Position numbers and translations under genes: made by a program
Shown here: positions 1-11,168 of the stretch, one piece after another
Position numbering within the stretch: position 1 is the stretch's first letter
Layout: the number at the start of each line of letters is the position of its first letter
Notes under the pieces: generated by a model
Told to the model about the DNA's origin: nothing
The model's database searches: none
What the model saw: the letters and a program-made list of their open reading frames with translations, nothing else
Source: Escherichia coli
GTDB lineage: Bacteria; Pseudomonadota; Gammaproteobacteria; Enterobacterales; Enterobacteriaceae
Assembly (NCBI RefSeq): GCF_030013205.1
Contig: NZ_CP122648.1
Length of the DNA stretch: 64,000 nucleotides
Reading direction: 5' to 3' (one strand)

Positions 1-675
1 TTAGTTCCCGGCGATGTGCTGTACGTTCCCGCTGGTGGCTGGAATTTTCCACAATGGCAAGCCCCCGCCACTACCTTTAGCGTGCTGTTTGGCAAACAGC
101 AACTCGGCTTCAGCGTCGTGCAATGGGATGGCAAACAATATCAAAATCTGGCGAAGCAACACGTCGCCCGACGCGGCCCACGCATAGGTTCTTTTCTGCT
201 ACAAACGCTCAATGAAATGCAAATGCAGTCGCAGGAGCAGCAAACGGCAAGGCTTATCGTCGCCAGCCTGCTTAGCCACTGCCGCGATTTGCTTGGCAGC
301 CAAATCCAGACCGCCTCACGCAGCCAGGCACTATTCGAAGCTATTCGCGATTATATCGACGAACGCTATGCCTCCGCGCTTACCCGCGAATCTGTCGCAC
401 AGGCGTTCTATATTTCACCAAACTATCTCTCGCACCTGTTTCAAAAAACAGGGACCATTGGTTTTAACGAATACCTGAATCACACGCGACTGGAGCACGC
501 TAAGACGTTATTGAAAGGCTATGACCTGAAGGTAAAAGAAGTGGCGCACGCCTGCGGCTTTGTCGACAGCAACTACTTCTGCCGTCTGTTTCGTAAAAAT
601 ACCGAACGCTCACCGTCGGAATATCGTCAGCAGTACCACAGCCAACTGACAGAAAAACCGACTACTCCAGAATGA
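1..675 (+). CDS. yijO: AraC-family transcriptional regulator, C-terminal part (gene starts upstream of window)
   Basis: ORF 16..675 translation carries an AraC-type HTH signature at its C-terminus (…YLSHLFQKTGT…FCRLFRKNTERSPSEYR); frame is open back to base 1; position next to frwD matches the K-12 neighbourhood. Confidence 0.7.
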   Translation, partial: LVPGDVLYVPAGGWNFPQWQAPATTFSVLFGKQQLGFSVVQWDGKQYQNLAKQHVARRGPRIGSFLLQTLNEMQMQSQEQQTARLIVASLLSHCRDLLGSQIQTASRSQALFEAIRDYIDERYASALTRESVAQAFYISPNYLSHLFQKTGTIGFNEYLNHTRLEHAKTLLKGYDLKVKEVAHACGFVDSNYFCRLFRKNTERSPSEYRQQYHSQLTEKPTTPE

Positions 676-1003
676 GATGGGTTTGCTGCGGCGCAGAAAG
701 CACTTTGCGTACCGCGCTCATCACCCGCTGCGGCTCACGAAGGAAAGCGTAGATGCTGCATTGCACATAGCGGCAATGTTCAAATCGCTCAGCACCGGCA
801 AGCTCGATATCCGTAATTAACAGCGCAACATCCGCCCGGCGGATATCCTCGTCCGCTAAACGATTCTCCGTTCCCAGCGCGCCCTGAGTTTCAATGCTGA
901 CGCCCCACTTCTCTAACAGGCACAACTTTTCCAGCCGTTCCGCCGCCATATAAGTATGCGCCACGCCACTGACGCAGGCGGTTACTGCCACCAGGTATGC
1001 CAT
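662..1003 (-). CDS. frwD: PTS fructose-like IIB component
   Basis: 113-aa ORF with PTS EIIB active-site-like motif (VTACVSGVAHTYMAAE); paralogous to frwB ORF at 4197..4517; synteny with pflCD. Confidence 0.8.
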   Translation of the reverse strand: MAYLVAVTACVSGVAHTYMAAERLEKLCLLEKWGVSIETQGALGTENRLADEDIRRADVALLITDIELAGAERFEHCRYVQCSIYAFLREPQRVMSAVRKVLSAPQQTHLILE

Positions 1004-1004
1004 T

Positions 1005-1883
1005 TTAACCTCCCACGGTAACCTGAAATCCGGCCCGTTCTGCCATTTCGCGCATCGTTGTCACATCGGCTGACGACGGCGCAGGCACCTCTTTCATCGA
1101 CCATGTTTTCCCCAGCAGGCGGTATTTCGGTTCGCCGTACTGATGAAACGGTAACAGATGGATCTGCCTGATTTTCAGCGGGATCAGTACATCCAGCGCC
1201 TGCTGCATATTCTCCCGGCTGAGCGTGAAACCAGGGATCAGCGGTAAACGCGGGATCACGTTGACGCCCTCACTCACCAGCAAACGCAGATTCTCCAGCA
1301 CGCGTGGCAGATTCATCTTCACCACATCCCGCGCCTGAGTCGCGTCCATAATTTTTAAATCGAACAACACTTCATCGCACAATTTCGCCAGCGGTAGCAG
1401 CTTGCTAGCTGGCGCGTCTCCGGCAGTTTCAATGGCGCATGACACGCCCCACAACCGCAGCCGCTGTAAAAAACGGGTAGCAAACTCCGCCTGCATTAAC
1501 ACTTCGCCGCCAGAAAGCGTGACGCCGCCGCCGGACGTGCGAAAGAAAATGTCATCTTTCATCACTTCCCGTTCCAGCGCGTCAAGGCTGATATCGCGGC
1601 CAATCCGTTCAAACGCCCCGGAGGGGCATTCATCCGCATCACGCAAACATTTCGCACAGTGCAGACATTTCGCCTCTCTGCGTACCGTCTGGATTTTGCC
1701 GGAGATCGACTCCGGATTAGCACACCATGGGCAAAGATGCGGACAGCCTTTAAAAAAGACCACCGTACGAATGCCCTCGCCGTCATTCAGTGAATAACGC
1801 TGAATGTTGAAAATGCGCGCCACATCATTGCGGCGCGTTTCCACAACGTTACAGCTGATGCGCTGTCCGGCGGATGATGTCAT
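1005..1883 (-). CDS. pflC: pyruvate formate-lyase 2 activating enzyme (radical SAM)
   Basis: ORF 1005..1952; start trimmed to internal Met (MTSSAGQR…) giving 292 aa; CxxxCxxC radical-SAM motif (GCPHLCPWC); adjacent to pflD. Confidence 0.85.
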   Translation of the reverse strand: MTSSAGQRISCNVVETRRNDVARIFNIQRYSLNDGEGIRTVVFFKGCPHLCPWCANPESISGKIQTVRREAKCLHCAKCLRDADECPSGAFERIGRDISLDALEREVMKDDIFFRTSGGGVTLSGGEVLMQAEFATRFLQRLRLWGVSCAIETAGDAPASKLLPLAKLCDEVLFDLKIMDATQARDVVKMNLPRVLENLRLLVSEGVNVIPRLPLIPGFTLSRENMQQALDVLIPLKIRQIHLLPFHQYGEPKYRLLGKTWSMKEVPAPSSADVTTMREMAERAGFQVTVGG

Positions 1884-4146
1884 CCTGGATCTCCTTCGAC
1901 AATTCGACAAAGAAGGCGCTGTATCCGGCAACGCGCACCACCAGCCCGGCATAATCTTGTGGGCGCTGTTGCGCTTCCCGCAACGTGTCGGCGTTCACCA
2001 CGTTAAACTGAATGTGTTGTAACTTAAGCTGGGTAAATGCCCGTAAGAAGTCGGCCAGTTTGCGTAATCCCGCTTCACCTTCCAGGGTCGCCGGAGTGAA
2101 TTTCACGTTCAGCAACGTACCGTTAGACAGCAGCGTATTATCGAGCTTACTGACTGACTTCAGTACCGCCGTTGGCCCTTGTGCGTCCTGACCCAGCATA
2201 GGTGACAAGCCGCCGTCTGCCAGTTGTTCCCCGGCAAAACGACCGTCTGGCGTCGCGCCAACCACCGATCCCAACGGGACGTGAGCAGAAACGGTATACG
2301 ATCCCGGCGTGAAGTAGCCGCCGCGCGGGTTCTGGTATTTTTCCACTTCTTTGCAGTAGTGGCGTAACAGTTCGGCGCTGATGTTATCCACCTCGTCGAT
2401 ATCGTTACCGTATTTCTCGAAGCGGTTAATTAAGCGAGCACGGACTTTTTCGCCTTCTGGCGTTGCGAAGTTGGCTTTTAATACCGACAGCAATTCGTCA
2501 AAACTTAAACGCTGTTGCTCAAAAACCATACCTTTCAACGCATGGAGAGAATCGCTCAGGTTAGCGATACCGATCCCCTGTACGCCGGAGAAGTTATAAC
2601 GCGCACCGCCATCGGTAATATCGCGGCCTTTTTCCAGACAATCGCTGATAAAAGACGAGAGCAGCGGTACAGGTGCCCAGTCACGGTGACCGATATCGCA
2701 AATATTGCTGCCCTCAACCATCAGGGTGATGTAGTGGCTGATCTTGGCGCGGATCTGCTCCAGTAAACCTTCATAAGTCAGCGCAGCATTGCCTTCATTT
2801 TCATGCAGGCAGATTTCCATCACTTTCAGCAGATTAAACATCGCGATGTCATGCAAGCCGTAGGTTCTGCCGGGAATAGATAATTCCACACAGCCCACTA
2901 CGGAATAGTCGCGTGCATCTTCCAGCGAAACGCCACGGTTGAGGAACGCTGGCACCACCACTTCATCGTTAAAGATTTGCGGAATACCGGTGCCGAGGCG
3001 AATGGTTTCTGCGGTTTTCATCAGGAACGGCGTGTCGATCAAGGCGTTAGTGCGCACGCCGAGGTTCGGTTGCGGTAATTGCACGCTTTGATAAGCGTCA
3101 AGGCAAAGGAACGAAAGCACGTTCACCGCGCTACGTCCGTTCTCGGTTAACCCGCCGAGCAGTGCGGTATAGCCGGTCGGGAAACCGGCGAAATAACGCG
3201 CGCTACTGGTGGAGCGCAACAGCACGATGTCGTTGCATTTCACCCATAAAGATTCGAGCAGTTCTTTCAGGAACGCCGGATCTTCGCCCTGGGTTAATGA
3301 TGCCTGATAGAACGGCAACATATACTGGTCGAAGCGCCCTAAAGACAGAGAACTGGCGTTGGATTCGTATTGCAGAATGATGTTCATGTACCAGAATAAC
3401 TGGCACGCCTGCCAGAACGTCTGCGGCTTATGTTCGGCGTTATGGCGGGAGATCTCCGCAATAGTCAGCAGTTCTTCGCGACGCTGGGCATCTGTGCAGT
3501 TTGCCGCCATCGTTTCCGCCAGTTCAGCGTAACGCAGAATGTGTTTCCGCGAGGCTTCCAGCAGTAACAGCGCTGCCTGATAAAAGTGATTCTCCGGCTG
3601 TTGCTGACAATGTTGCTGCATCTGTGCCACCAGCTCCCCCAGCCCGTGATTCAGCAGGCGCGGGTAATCAATAATAATGTGCCCCTGGCCTTTATCCGTC
3701 TGGTTGATGCTGAAAATCTGCGTGCTGGTCGCGGCTTTTACTTCATCCGTCATCTGCCCGTTAATGAAATCTTTCATCGAACGTTTTTCCCAGTACGGGA
3801 ACAACTCTTCGCGGTAGATACGTTTATCTTCTTCGCTGATAGCAAAGCGGTCCTGCGGACGCGTCGGGAATTGATCCAGCTCTTTCAGCAGCCAGTAAGG
3901 GTCCATTTCCGGCGACATAATTCCGGCGCGCGGTTTCACCGTACGGTTACCGGCAATCAGTTCTTCATCACGAATCGAAATTTCAACATGTTCAAGGATA
4001 TACGCTGTTGCTTTCGCCCGGCGCAATATCACCGGTTCGCCTTCGGTTTGCCGATGGCTGGCGGTATAAAGCAGCGCCCGCTCCAGCGAGATTTCACGGG
4101 TATTGGCAAACAGTGCAGTTTTGAGGCGAGAGATACGATTCGTCAT
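1849..4146 (-). CDS. pflD: formate acetyltransferase 2 (glycyl-radical enzyme)
   Basis: 765-aa ORF; C-terminal glycyl radical motif (RVAGYSAFF); expected size for PflD. Confidence 0.9.
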   Translation of the reverse strand: MTNRISRLKTALFANTREISLERALLYTASHRQTEGEPVILRRAKATAYILEHVEISIRDEELIAGNRTVKPRAGIMSPEMDPYWLLKELDQFPTRPQDRFAISEEDKRIYREELFPYWEKRSMKDFINGQMTDEVKAATSTQIFSINQTDKGQGHIIIDYPRLLNHGLGELVAQMQQHCQQQPENHFYQAALLLLEASRKHILRYAELAETMAANCTDAQRREELLTIAEISRHNAEHKPQTFWQACQLFWYMNIILQYESNASSLSLGRFDQYMLPFYQASLTQGEDPAFLKELLESLWVKCNDIVLLRSTSSARYFAGFPTGYTALLGGLTENGRSAVNVLSFLCLDAYQSVQLPQPNLGVRTNALIDTPFLMKTAETIRLGTGIPQIFNDEVVVPAFLNRGVSLEDARDYSVVGCVELSIPGRTYGLHDIAMFNLLKVMEICLHENEGNAALTYEGLLEQIRAKISHYITLMVEGSNICDIGHRDWAPVPLLSSFISDCLEKGRDITDGGARYNFSGVQGIGIANLSDSLHALKGMVFEQQRLSFDELLSVLKANFATPEGEKVRARLINRFEKYGNDIDEVDNISAELLRHYCKEVEKYQNPRGGYFTPGSYTVSAHVPLGSVVGATPDGRFAGEQLADGGLSPMLGQDAQGPTAVLKSVSKLDNTLLSNGTLLNVKFTPATLEGEAGLRKLADFLRAFTQLKLQHIQFNVVNADTLREAQQRPQDYAGLVVRVAGYSAFFVELSKEIQDDIIRRTAHQL

Positions 4147-4196
4147 GAGGAACTCCTGTGGGAAAGCGAACCCGCCCTTACGGGCGGGATAAGAAC

Positions 4197-4517
4197 TTAA
4201 GCGGTTTGTGCCAGGTGAGCTTCAATTTTGCTCATAATGGCATCAGCGCGTTTTACCGCGTCGCTGATGTTGACGCGCACGATGGTCTTGCCAGCAAAAC
4301 GCTCTTCAAACTTGATGCCGATATCTTTGGTCAGAATCACCATATCGGCGCTCGCCACGTCTTCCGCAGTCAGTTCATTTTCCAGACCAATCGAGCCCTG
4401 GGTTTCTACTTTCACTTCCCAGCCTTTCGCTTTCGCGGCACTTTCCAGCGCCTCTGCCGCCATATAGGTATGGGCAACACCAGATGGACACGCGGTTACT
4501 GCAATAATTTTCGTCAT
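4197..4517 (-). CDS. frwB: PTS fructose-like IIB component
   Basis: 106-aa ORF, EIIB motif (VTACPSGVAHTYMAAE); synteny. Confidence 0.85.
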   Translation of the reverse strand: MTKIIAVTACPSGVAHTYMAAEALESAAKAKGWEVKVETQGSIGLENELTAEDVASADMVILTKDIGIKFEERFAGKTIVRVNISDAVKRADAIMSKIEAHLAQTA

Positions 4518-4531
4518 GGCTCGTTCCTCAA

Positions 4532-5617
4532 TTAATTAATTTCAAAATCCAAATCCAGGTCGTCTTCCTTCTCATCAGTCGAAGACCCATTTTTACGCGC
4601 CAGACTTTTCAGCACGTTCACGCAGACTGCCGTCACAACCGCCCCGACAGCCACTGCTGCGATATAACCCAGCTTGCCTTCAACCACCGGCAGCACAATC
4701 AGACCACCCCAGCCTGCATAGCACTGCGCACCGACCAGTGCCGCAGTTACCGCACCACAAACAGAACCGACCATGATGGAAGGAATGACACGTAACGGAT
4801 CGGCTGCGGCAAAAGGAATCGCCCCTTCAGTAACGCCAACACACCCCATCACCAGCGCCGCTTTGCCGGTTTCGCGCTCTTCTGCGGAGAAATTTTTACG
4901 ACCAATCAGCGTCGCCAGCCCCATGCCCAACGGTGGAACACAAATCCCAACAGCGGCAATAGCCACCACGGTATAAACACCCTGAGCAACGCAAATCAGC
5001 ATGAAGGCATAGGCCACTTTGTTAACCGGGCCGCCCATATCGAACGCCAGCATCAGCCCCATGATCACCGCCAGCATAACAATGCTGCCCTGCTGCATCC
5101 CTTGTAGCCACTGAGTCAGGCTGTTGGTCAACGCCCCTACAGGCTCGCCCAGACCCCACATCATGATGCCTGCGGTAATCAGTGTGCCGACGATCGGAAT
5201 GATGAAGATGGGCATCACCGAGCGCAGAACTTTATGCACCGGAATTTTCTTCAGGTAATGCACCACGATGCCGCCGATAATCCCGGCGATCAGTGCACCA
5301 AAGCTGTTACCAACCCAGGCACCGATAGCGCACGGAGCCAGAGCTGAGCGTTCTGCAATGGAGTAACCAATGTAAGCGGCGAGGAAAGGCACCATCAGCG
5401 TCAAACCTGCAACGCCGATATCAAACAGTTTTTTCAAATTCGGATCGGCGACGGCATCCGGCACTGCGCCTTTGCCATACAACATGACGGAAACCGCCAG
5501 CAAAATACCGCCCGATACCACGAAGGGAATCATGTGTGAAACGCCCGTCATTAAGTGCTGACGGGTATTTTTCAGGATCTGCACCAACTCATTCATAAGC
5601 TGCTCCCGGGCTTGCAA
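4532..5617 (-). CDS. frwC: PTS fructose-like IIC permease
   Basis: 361-aa polytopic membrane ORF; synteny with frwB/ptsA; exact start (first Met vs MNELVQ…) uncertain. Confidence 0.85.
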   Translation of the reverse strand: MQAREQLMNELVQILKNTRQHLMTGVSHMIPFVVSGGILLAVSVMLYGKGAVPDAVADPNLKKLFDIGVAGLTLMVPFLAAYIGYSIAERSALAPCAIGAWVGNSFGALIAGIIGGIVVHYLKKIPVHKVLRSVMPIFIIPIVGTLITAGIMMWGLGEPVGALTNSLTQWLQGMQQGSIVMLAVIMGLMLAFDMGGPVNKVAYAFMLICVAQGVYTVVAIAAVGICVPPLGMGLATLIGRKNFSAEERETGKAALVMGCVGVTEGAIPFAAADPLRVIPSIMVGSVCGAVTAALVGAQCYAGWGGLIVLPVVEGKLGYIAAVAVGAVVTAVCVNVLKSLARKNGSSTDEKEDDLDLDFEIN

Positions 5618-5904
5618 AAGCCCATGTCCATATTTTTGATGGAGGAAACAATAGGCAATCGCAGGCGGAGCAAACAGTGGATAAAAAGGCCATTTACTGG
5701 ACTTTTGTAATATCAGTACAAAAATGCGATCCGCCTCATAACTTGCGATAATCCGGAAGCATGCCGCAAAACGGCGTCTTGTGAGACGCGTCGCAAATTG
5801 ACGGTTACATTACATTTGTCCAGCTTTTGGCAGATTTGTCACATGGCAGGCCGTTGCCGTGCGCTCTTATCCTGTAAACAGAAAACCGTACCGGGAGAAA
5901 GGCA

Positions 5905-8406
5905 ATGGCCCTGATTGTGGAATTTATTTGTGAGCTACCTAACGGCGTACATGCGCGTCCGGCAAGCCACGTTGAAACGCTGTGTAATACTTTTTCATCA
6001 CAAATTGAGTGGCATAACCTGCGCACTGACCGCAAGGGCAACGCCAAAAGCGCCCTTGCGCTGATTGGCACCGATACGCTGGTGGGCGATAACTGCCAGT
6101 TACTGATTTCCGGGGCCGACGAACAGGAAGCGCACCAGCGTTTAAGCCAATGGCTGCGCGATGAATTCCCCCACTGCGACGCACCGCTGGCGGAAGTTAA
6201 ATCTGACGAACTGGAACCACTGCCGGTTTCACTGACCAATCTGAATCCGCAAATTATCCGCGCCCGCACCGTGTGCAGCGGTAGTGCAGGCGGCATTCTG
6301 ACGCCGATCTCTTCTTTAGATCTCAATGCGCTGAGTAATCTTCCCGCAGCCAAAGACGTTGACGCCGAGCAATCCGCACTGGAAAACGGCCTGACGCTGG
6401 TACTGAAAAACATTGAGTTTCGTCTGCTGGATAGCGACGGTGCCACCAGCGCGATTCTGGAAGCGCACCGCTCCCTGGCTGGCGATACTTCCCTGCGCGA
6501 ACATTTACTGGCAGGCGTCAGCGCCGGATTAAGCTGCGCCGAAGCAATTGTCGCCAGTGCGAATCACTTTTGTGAAGAGTTTTCCCGTTCCAGCAGCAGC
6601 TACCTGCAAGAACGTGCCCTGGACGTACGCGACGTCTGCTTCCAGTTACTCCAGCAAATCTACGGTGAACAACGCTTCCCGGCACCGGGCAAACTGACGC
6701 AGTCCGCCATTTGTATGGCTGATGAACTGACCCCCAGCCAGTTCCTCGAACTGGATAAAAATCACCTCAAAGGATTGTTGCTCAAAAGCGGCGGCACCAC
6801 CTCACATACCGTAATTCTTGCCCGTTCGTTCAACATTCCGACGCTGGTTGGTGTGGATATTGATGCCCTTACCCCGTGGCAACATCAAACGATTTATATC
6901 GACGGCAACGCCGGAGCGATTGTGGTTGAGCCAGGGGAAGCCGTAGCCCGTTATTATCAGCAAGAAGCCCGCGTACAGGATGCCCTGCGTGAGCAACAGC
7001 GTGTCTGGCTGACCCAACAAGCCCGTACCGCTGACGGTATCCGCATTGAAATTGCTGCTAACATCGCTCACTCCGTGGAAGCGCAGGCTGCATTCGGCAA
7101 TGGTGCGGAAGGCGTTGGTTTGTTCCGCACTGAAATGCTCTATATGGATCGCACCAGCGCACCGGGCGAAAGTGAGTTGTACAACATTTTTTGTCAGGCG
7201 CTGGAGTCCGCCAACGGGCGAAGCATTATTGTCCGCACCATGGATATTGGCGGTGACAAACCTGTTGATTATCTAAACATTCCCGCAGAAGCTAACCCGT
7301 TCCTCGGTTATCGCGCGGTGCGTATTTATGAAGAGTACGCGTCGTTGTTTACCACACAACTACGGTCGATTCTCCGTGCCTCCGCTCACGGCAGCCTGAA
7401 AATCATGATCCCGATGATCTCTTCAATGGAAGAGATCTTATGGGTGAAAGAAAAACTGGCGGAAGCCAAACAGCAACTGCGTAACGAACACATTCCGTTT
7501 GATGAGAAGATCCAGCTCGGCATCATGCTGGAAGTGCCGTCGGTGATGTTCATCATCGATCAATGCTGTGAAGAGATTGATTTCTTTAGTATTGGTAGTA
7601 ATGACCTGACGCAATATCTGCTGGCAGTGGATCGCGATAACGCTAAGGTTACTCGTCACTATAACAGCCTGAATCCAGCATTCTTGCGGGCGCTCGATTA
7701 CGCCGTGCAAGCGGTGCATCGCCAGGGCAAATGGATTGGTCTGTGCGGTGAACTGGGAGCGAAAGGTTCCGTGCTGCCATTGCTGGTCGGTTTAGGGCTG
7801 GATGAGCTGAGCATGAGCGCACCGTCAATTCCGGCGGCGAAAGCGCGAATGGCGCAACTTGATAGCCGTGAGTGCCGCAAGTTGCTCAACCAGGCAATGG
7901 CCTGCCGTACTTCGCTGGAAGTGGAACACCTGCTGGCGCAATTCCGCATGACACAACAAGACGCACCGCTGGTCACCTCCGAGTGCATCACACTGGAAAG
8001 CGACTGGCGCAGCAAAGAAGAAGTGCTCAAAGGCATGACCGATAACCTGCTGCTGGCGGGCCGCTGCCGCTATCCGCGTAAACTGGAAGCCGACTTGTGG
8101 GCGCGCGAGGCCGTTTTCTCTACCGGTCTGGGCTTTAGTTTTGCCATTCCCCACAGCAAATCGGAACATATTGAGCAATCCACCATCAGCGTAGCGCGTC
8201 TGCAAGCGCCGGTGCGCTGGGGCGATGATGAAGCGCAATTCATCATTATGTTAACGCTGAACAAACACGCTGCGGGCGATCAGCACATGCGCATTTTCTC
8301 GCGCCTCGCTCGCCGCATCATGCACGAAGAATTCCGTAACGCGCTGGTTAACGCCGCCTCTGCCGACGCTATCGCCAGCCTGCTGCAACATGAACTGGAA
8401 CTGTAA
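5905..8406 (+). CDS. ptsA: multiphosphoryl transfer protein (HPr-EI-EIIA fusion)
   Basis: 833-aa ORF; enzyme I-like core (…[21 protein letters not shown]…) plus C-terminal EIIA-like domain; synteny. Confidence 0.9.
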   Translation: MALIVEFICELPNGVHARPASHVETLCNTFSSQIEWHNLRTDRKGNAKSALALIGTDTLVGDNCQLLISGADEQEAHQRLSQWLRDEFPHCDAPLAEVKSDELEPLPVSLTNLNPQIIRARTVCSGSAGGILTPISSLDLNALSNLPAAKDVDAEQSALENGLTLVLKNIEFRLLDSDGATSAILEAHRSLAGDTSLREHLLAGVSAGLSCAEAIVASANHFCEEFSRSSSSYLQERALDVRDVCFQLLQQIYGEQRFPAPGKLTQSAICMADELTPSQFLELDKNHLKGLLLKSGGTTSHTVILARSFNIPTLVGVDIDALTPWQHQTIYIDGNAGAIVVEPGEAVARYYQQEARVQDALREQQRVWLTQQARTADGIRIEIAANIAHSVEAQAAFGNGAEGVGLFRTEMLYMDRTSAPGESELYNIFCQALESANGRSIIVRTMDIGGDKPVDYLNIPAEANPFLGYRAVRIYEEYASLFTTQLRSILRASAHGSLKIMIPMISSMEEILWVKEKLAEAKQQLRNEHIPFDEKIQLGIMLEVPSVMFIIDQCCEEIDFFSIGSNDLTQYLLAVDRDNAKVTRHYNSLNPAFLRALDYAVQAVHRQGKWIGLCGELGAKGSVLPLLVGLGLDELSMSAPSIPAAKARMAQLDSRECRKLLNQAMACRTSLEVEHLLAQFRMTQQDAPLVTSECITLESDWRSKEEVLKGMTDNLLLAGRCRYPRKLEADLWAREAVFSTGLGFSFAIPHSKSEHIEQSTISVARLQAPVRWGDDEAQFIIMLTLNKHAAGDQHMRIFSRLARRIMHEEFRNALVNAASADAIASLLQHELEL

Positions 8407-8417
8407 AAGGAAACATC

Positions 8418-9080
8418 ATGGAACTGTATCTGGACACCGCTAACGTCGCAGAAGTCGAACGTCTGGCACGCATATTCCCGATTGCCGGGGTGACAACTAA
8501 CCCGAGCATTATCGCTGCCAGCAAGGAGTCCATATGGGAAGTGCTGCCGCGTCTGCAAAAAGCGATTGGTGATGAGGGCATTCTGTTTGCTCAGACCATG
8601 AGCCGCGACGCGCAGGGGATGGTGGAAGAAGCGAAGCGCCTGCGCGACGCCATTCCGGGTATTGTGGTGAAAATCCCGGTGACTTCCGAAGGTCTGGCAG
8701 CAATTAAAATACTGAAAAAAGAGGGTATTACTACACTTGGCACCGCTGTATATAGCGCCGCACAAGGGTTATTAGCCGCACTGGCAGGGGCAAAATACGT
8801 TGCTCCGTATGTTAACCGCGTAGATGCCCAGGGCGGAGACGGCATTCGTACGGTTCAGGAGCTGCAAGCGCTGTTAGAAATGCACGCACCAGAAAGCATG
8901 GTGCTGGCGGCCAGCTTTAAAACGCCGCGTCAGGCGCTGGACTGTTTACTGGCAGGATGTGAATCCATCACCCTGCCCTTAGATGTAGCGCAACAAATGC
9001 TCAACACCCCTGCGGTAGAGTCAGCTATAGAGAAGTTCGAACACGACTGGAATGCCGCATTTGGCACTACTCATCTCTAA
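8418..9080 (+). CDS. fsaB: fructose-6-phosphate aldolase 2
   Basis: 220-aa ORF beginning [31 protein letters not shown] (transaldolase-like fold). Confidence 0.9.
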   Translation: MELYLDTANVAEVERLARIFPIAGVTTNPSIIAASKESIWEVLPRLQKAIGDEGILFAQTMSRDAQGMVEEAKRLRDAIPGIVVKIPVTSEGLAAIKILKKEGITTLGTAVYSAAQGLLAALAGAKYVAPYVNRVDAQGGDGIRTVQELQALLEMHAPESMVLAASFKTPRQALDCLLAGCESITLPLDVAQQMLNTPAVESAIEKFEHDWNAAFGTTHL

Positions 9081-9090
9081 AGGAGCAATT

Positions 9091-10194
9091 ATGGACCGCA
9101 TTATTCAATCACCAGGTAAATACATCCAGGGCGCTGATGTGATTAATCGTCTGGGCGAATACCTGAAGCCGCTGGCAGAACGCTGGTTAGTGGTGGGTGA
9201 CAAATTTGTTTTAGGTTTTGCTCAATCCACTGTCGAGAAAAGCTTTAAAGATGCTGGACTGGTAGTAGAAATTGCGCCGTTTGGCGGTGAATGTTCGCAA
9301 AATGAGATCGACCGTCTGCGTGGCATTGCGGAGACTGCGCAGTGTGGCGCAATTCTCGGTATCGGTGGCGGAAAAACCCTCGATACTGCCAAAGCGCTGG
9401 CACATTTCATGGGTGTTCCGGTAGCGATCGCACCGACTATCGCCTCTACCGACGCACCGTGCAGCGCCTTGTCTGTTATCTACACCGATGATGGTGAATT
9501 TGACCGCTATCTGATGTTGCCAAATAACCCGAATATGGTCATTGTCGACACCAAAATCGTCGCTGGCGCACCTGCACGTCTGTTAGCGGCGGGTATCGGC
9601 GATGCGCTGGCAACCTGGTTTGAAGCGCGTGCCTGCTCTCGTAGCGGCGCGACCACCATGGCGGGCGGCAAGTGCACCCAGGCGGCGCTGGCACTGGCTG
9701 AACTGTGCTACAACACCCTGCTGGAAGAAGGCGAAAAAGCGATGCTTGCTGCCGAACAGCATGTAGTGACTCCGGCGCTGGAACGCGTGATTGAAGCGAA
9801 CACCTATTTGAGCGGTGTTGGTTTTGAAAGCGGCGGACTGGCGGCGGCTCACGCGGTGCATAACGGCCTGACCGCTATCCCGGACGCGCATCACTATTAT
9901 CACGGTGAAAAAGTGGCATTCGGTACGCTGACGCAGCTGGTTCTGGAAAATGCGCCGGTTGAGGAAATCGAAACCGTAGCTGCACTTAGCCATGCGGTAG
10001 GTTTGCCAATAACTCTCGCTCAACTGGATATTAAAGAAGATGTCCCGGCGAAAATGCGAATTGTGGCAGAAGCGGCATGTGCAGAAGGTGAAACCATTCA
10101 CAACATGCCTGGCGGCGCGACGCCAGATCAGGTTTACGCCGCACTGCTGGTAGCTGATCAGTATGGACAACGTTTCCTGCAAGAGTGGGAATAA
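9091..10194 (+). CDS. gldA: glycerol dehydrogenase
   Basis: ORF 9052..10194 trimmed to Met at [14 protein letters not shown] (367 aa); iron-containing ADH family motifs. Confidence 0.9.
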   Translation: MDRIIQSPGKYIQGADVINRLGEYLKPLAERWLVVGDKFVLGFAQSTVEKSFKDAGLVVEIAPFGGECSQNEIDRLRGIAETAQCGAILGIGGGKTLDTAKALAHFMGVPVAIAPTIASTDAPCSALSVIYTDDGEFDRYLMLPNNPNMVIVDTKIVAGAPARLLAAGIGDALATWFEARACSRSGATTMAGGKCTQAALALAELCYNTLLEEGEKAMLAAEQHVVTPALERVIEANTYLSGVGFESGGLAAAHAVHNGLTAIPDAHHYYHGEKVAFGTLTQLVLENAPVEEIETVAALSHAVGLPITLAQLDIKEDVPAKMRIVAEAACAEGETIHNMPGGATPDQVYAALLVADQYGQRFLQEWE

Positions 10195-10390
10195 CCTACT
10201 CCAAACTCCCGGCTTGTCCGGGAGTTTGAGAGTGCAGGCAAAGTGGCTCACTCGTCACTGCGGGCATGTTTTTCCCCCTCGCCCTTTCAGGGAGAGGGTC
10301 GGGGTGAGGGTAAATATTCGCCCCGGAGCTGGCCTGTTCCCCTCACCCTAACCCTCTCCCCAAAGGGGAGAGGGGACTGTTCGAGCACTT
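10195..10390. repeat. cluster of GC-rich palindromic intergenic repeat units
   Basis: perfect inverted repeat CAAACTCCCGG-CTTGT-CCGGGAGTTTG directly after gldA stop, followed by two imperfect palindromes built on GGGAGAGGG / CCCTCACCC motifs. Confidence 0.5.
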
Positions 10391-10524
10391 TTTATACGTT
10401 ATCACCCGTCTGAAACTCCCACGTTGTTCAGGAATTTTTTATCCGCTTCTGGACATTTTCTCCACAGAACAATCGTTAGCCCGGAAGGTCGAATCTGTGA
10501 CTCTTATTTTCACGGACGAAACAG

Positions 10525-11142
10525 ATGAAAGCTTCACTGGCGTTATTCAGTCTTCTGACGGTATTTACCAGTTACTCCTTAAAATCTCCCGCCGTTCCAC
10601 CAACCGTGGTACAAATCCAGGCCAACACCAACCTTGCCATCGCAGACGGTGCCAGACAGCAAATCGGCAGCACGCTATTTTACGATCCGGCGTATGTGCA
10701 GCTTACCTATCCTGGCGGTGATGTCCCGCAGGAACGCGGCGTATGTTCCGATGTGGTGATCCGCGCCTTGCGCAGCCAGAAGGTCGATTTGCAGAAACTG
10801 GTTCACGAAGATATGGCGAAGAATTTTGCTGAGTACCCGCAAAAATGGCAGTTAAAGCGCCCGGACAGCAACATCGATCACCGTCGGGTGCCTAATCTGG
10901 AAACCTGGTTTAGCCGCCATGATAAAACACGCCCCACCAGCAAGAACCCCGGTGATTATCAAGCGGGCGATATTGTCTCCTGGCGATTAGATAACGGGCT
11001 GGCGCATATTGGGGTGGTGTCAGATGGCTGTGCCCGCGACGGTACGCCGCTGGTGATACATAACATTGGCGCAGGCGCGCAGGAAGAAGACGTGCTGTTT
11101 AGCTGGCGGATGGTGGGGCACTATCGGTATTTTGTTAAATAA
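10525..11142 (+). CDS. yijF: DUF1287-family periplasmic protein
   Basis: 205-aa ORF with N-terminal signal peptide; synteny between gldA and yijE. Confidence 0.8.
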   Translation: MKASLALFSLLTVFTSYSLKSPAVPPTVVQIQANTNLAIADGARQQIGSTLFYDPAYVQLTYPGGDVPQERGVCSDVVIRALRSQKVDLQKLVHEDMAKNFAEYPQKWQLKRPDSNIDHRRVPNLETWFSRHDKTRPTSKNPGDYQAGDIVSWRLDNGLAHIGVVSDGCARDGTPLVIHNIGAGAQEEDVLFSWRMVGHYRYFVK

Positions 11143-11168
11143 GCGATCGCCCCACATGAAGAAAAAAT

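Noticed and set aside
5805-6446. 213-aa minus-strand ORF overlapping the ptsA 5' region
   Set aside because: Antisense to a well-supported gene (ptsA) and Ser/Arg-rich low-complexity translation typical of a spurious reverse-frame ORF in GC-rich coding DNA.
10163-10351. 62-aa ORF spanning the gldA-yijF repeat cluster
   Set aside because: Lies across palindromic repeat DNA; translation is an artefact of the GC-rich repeats.
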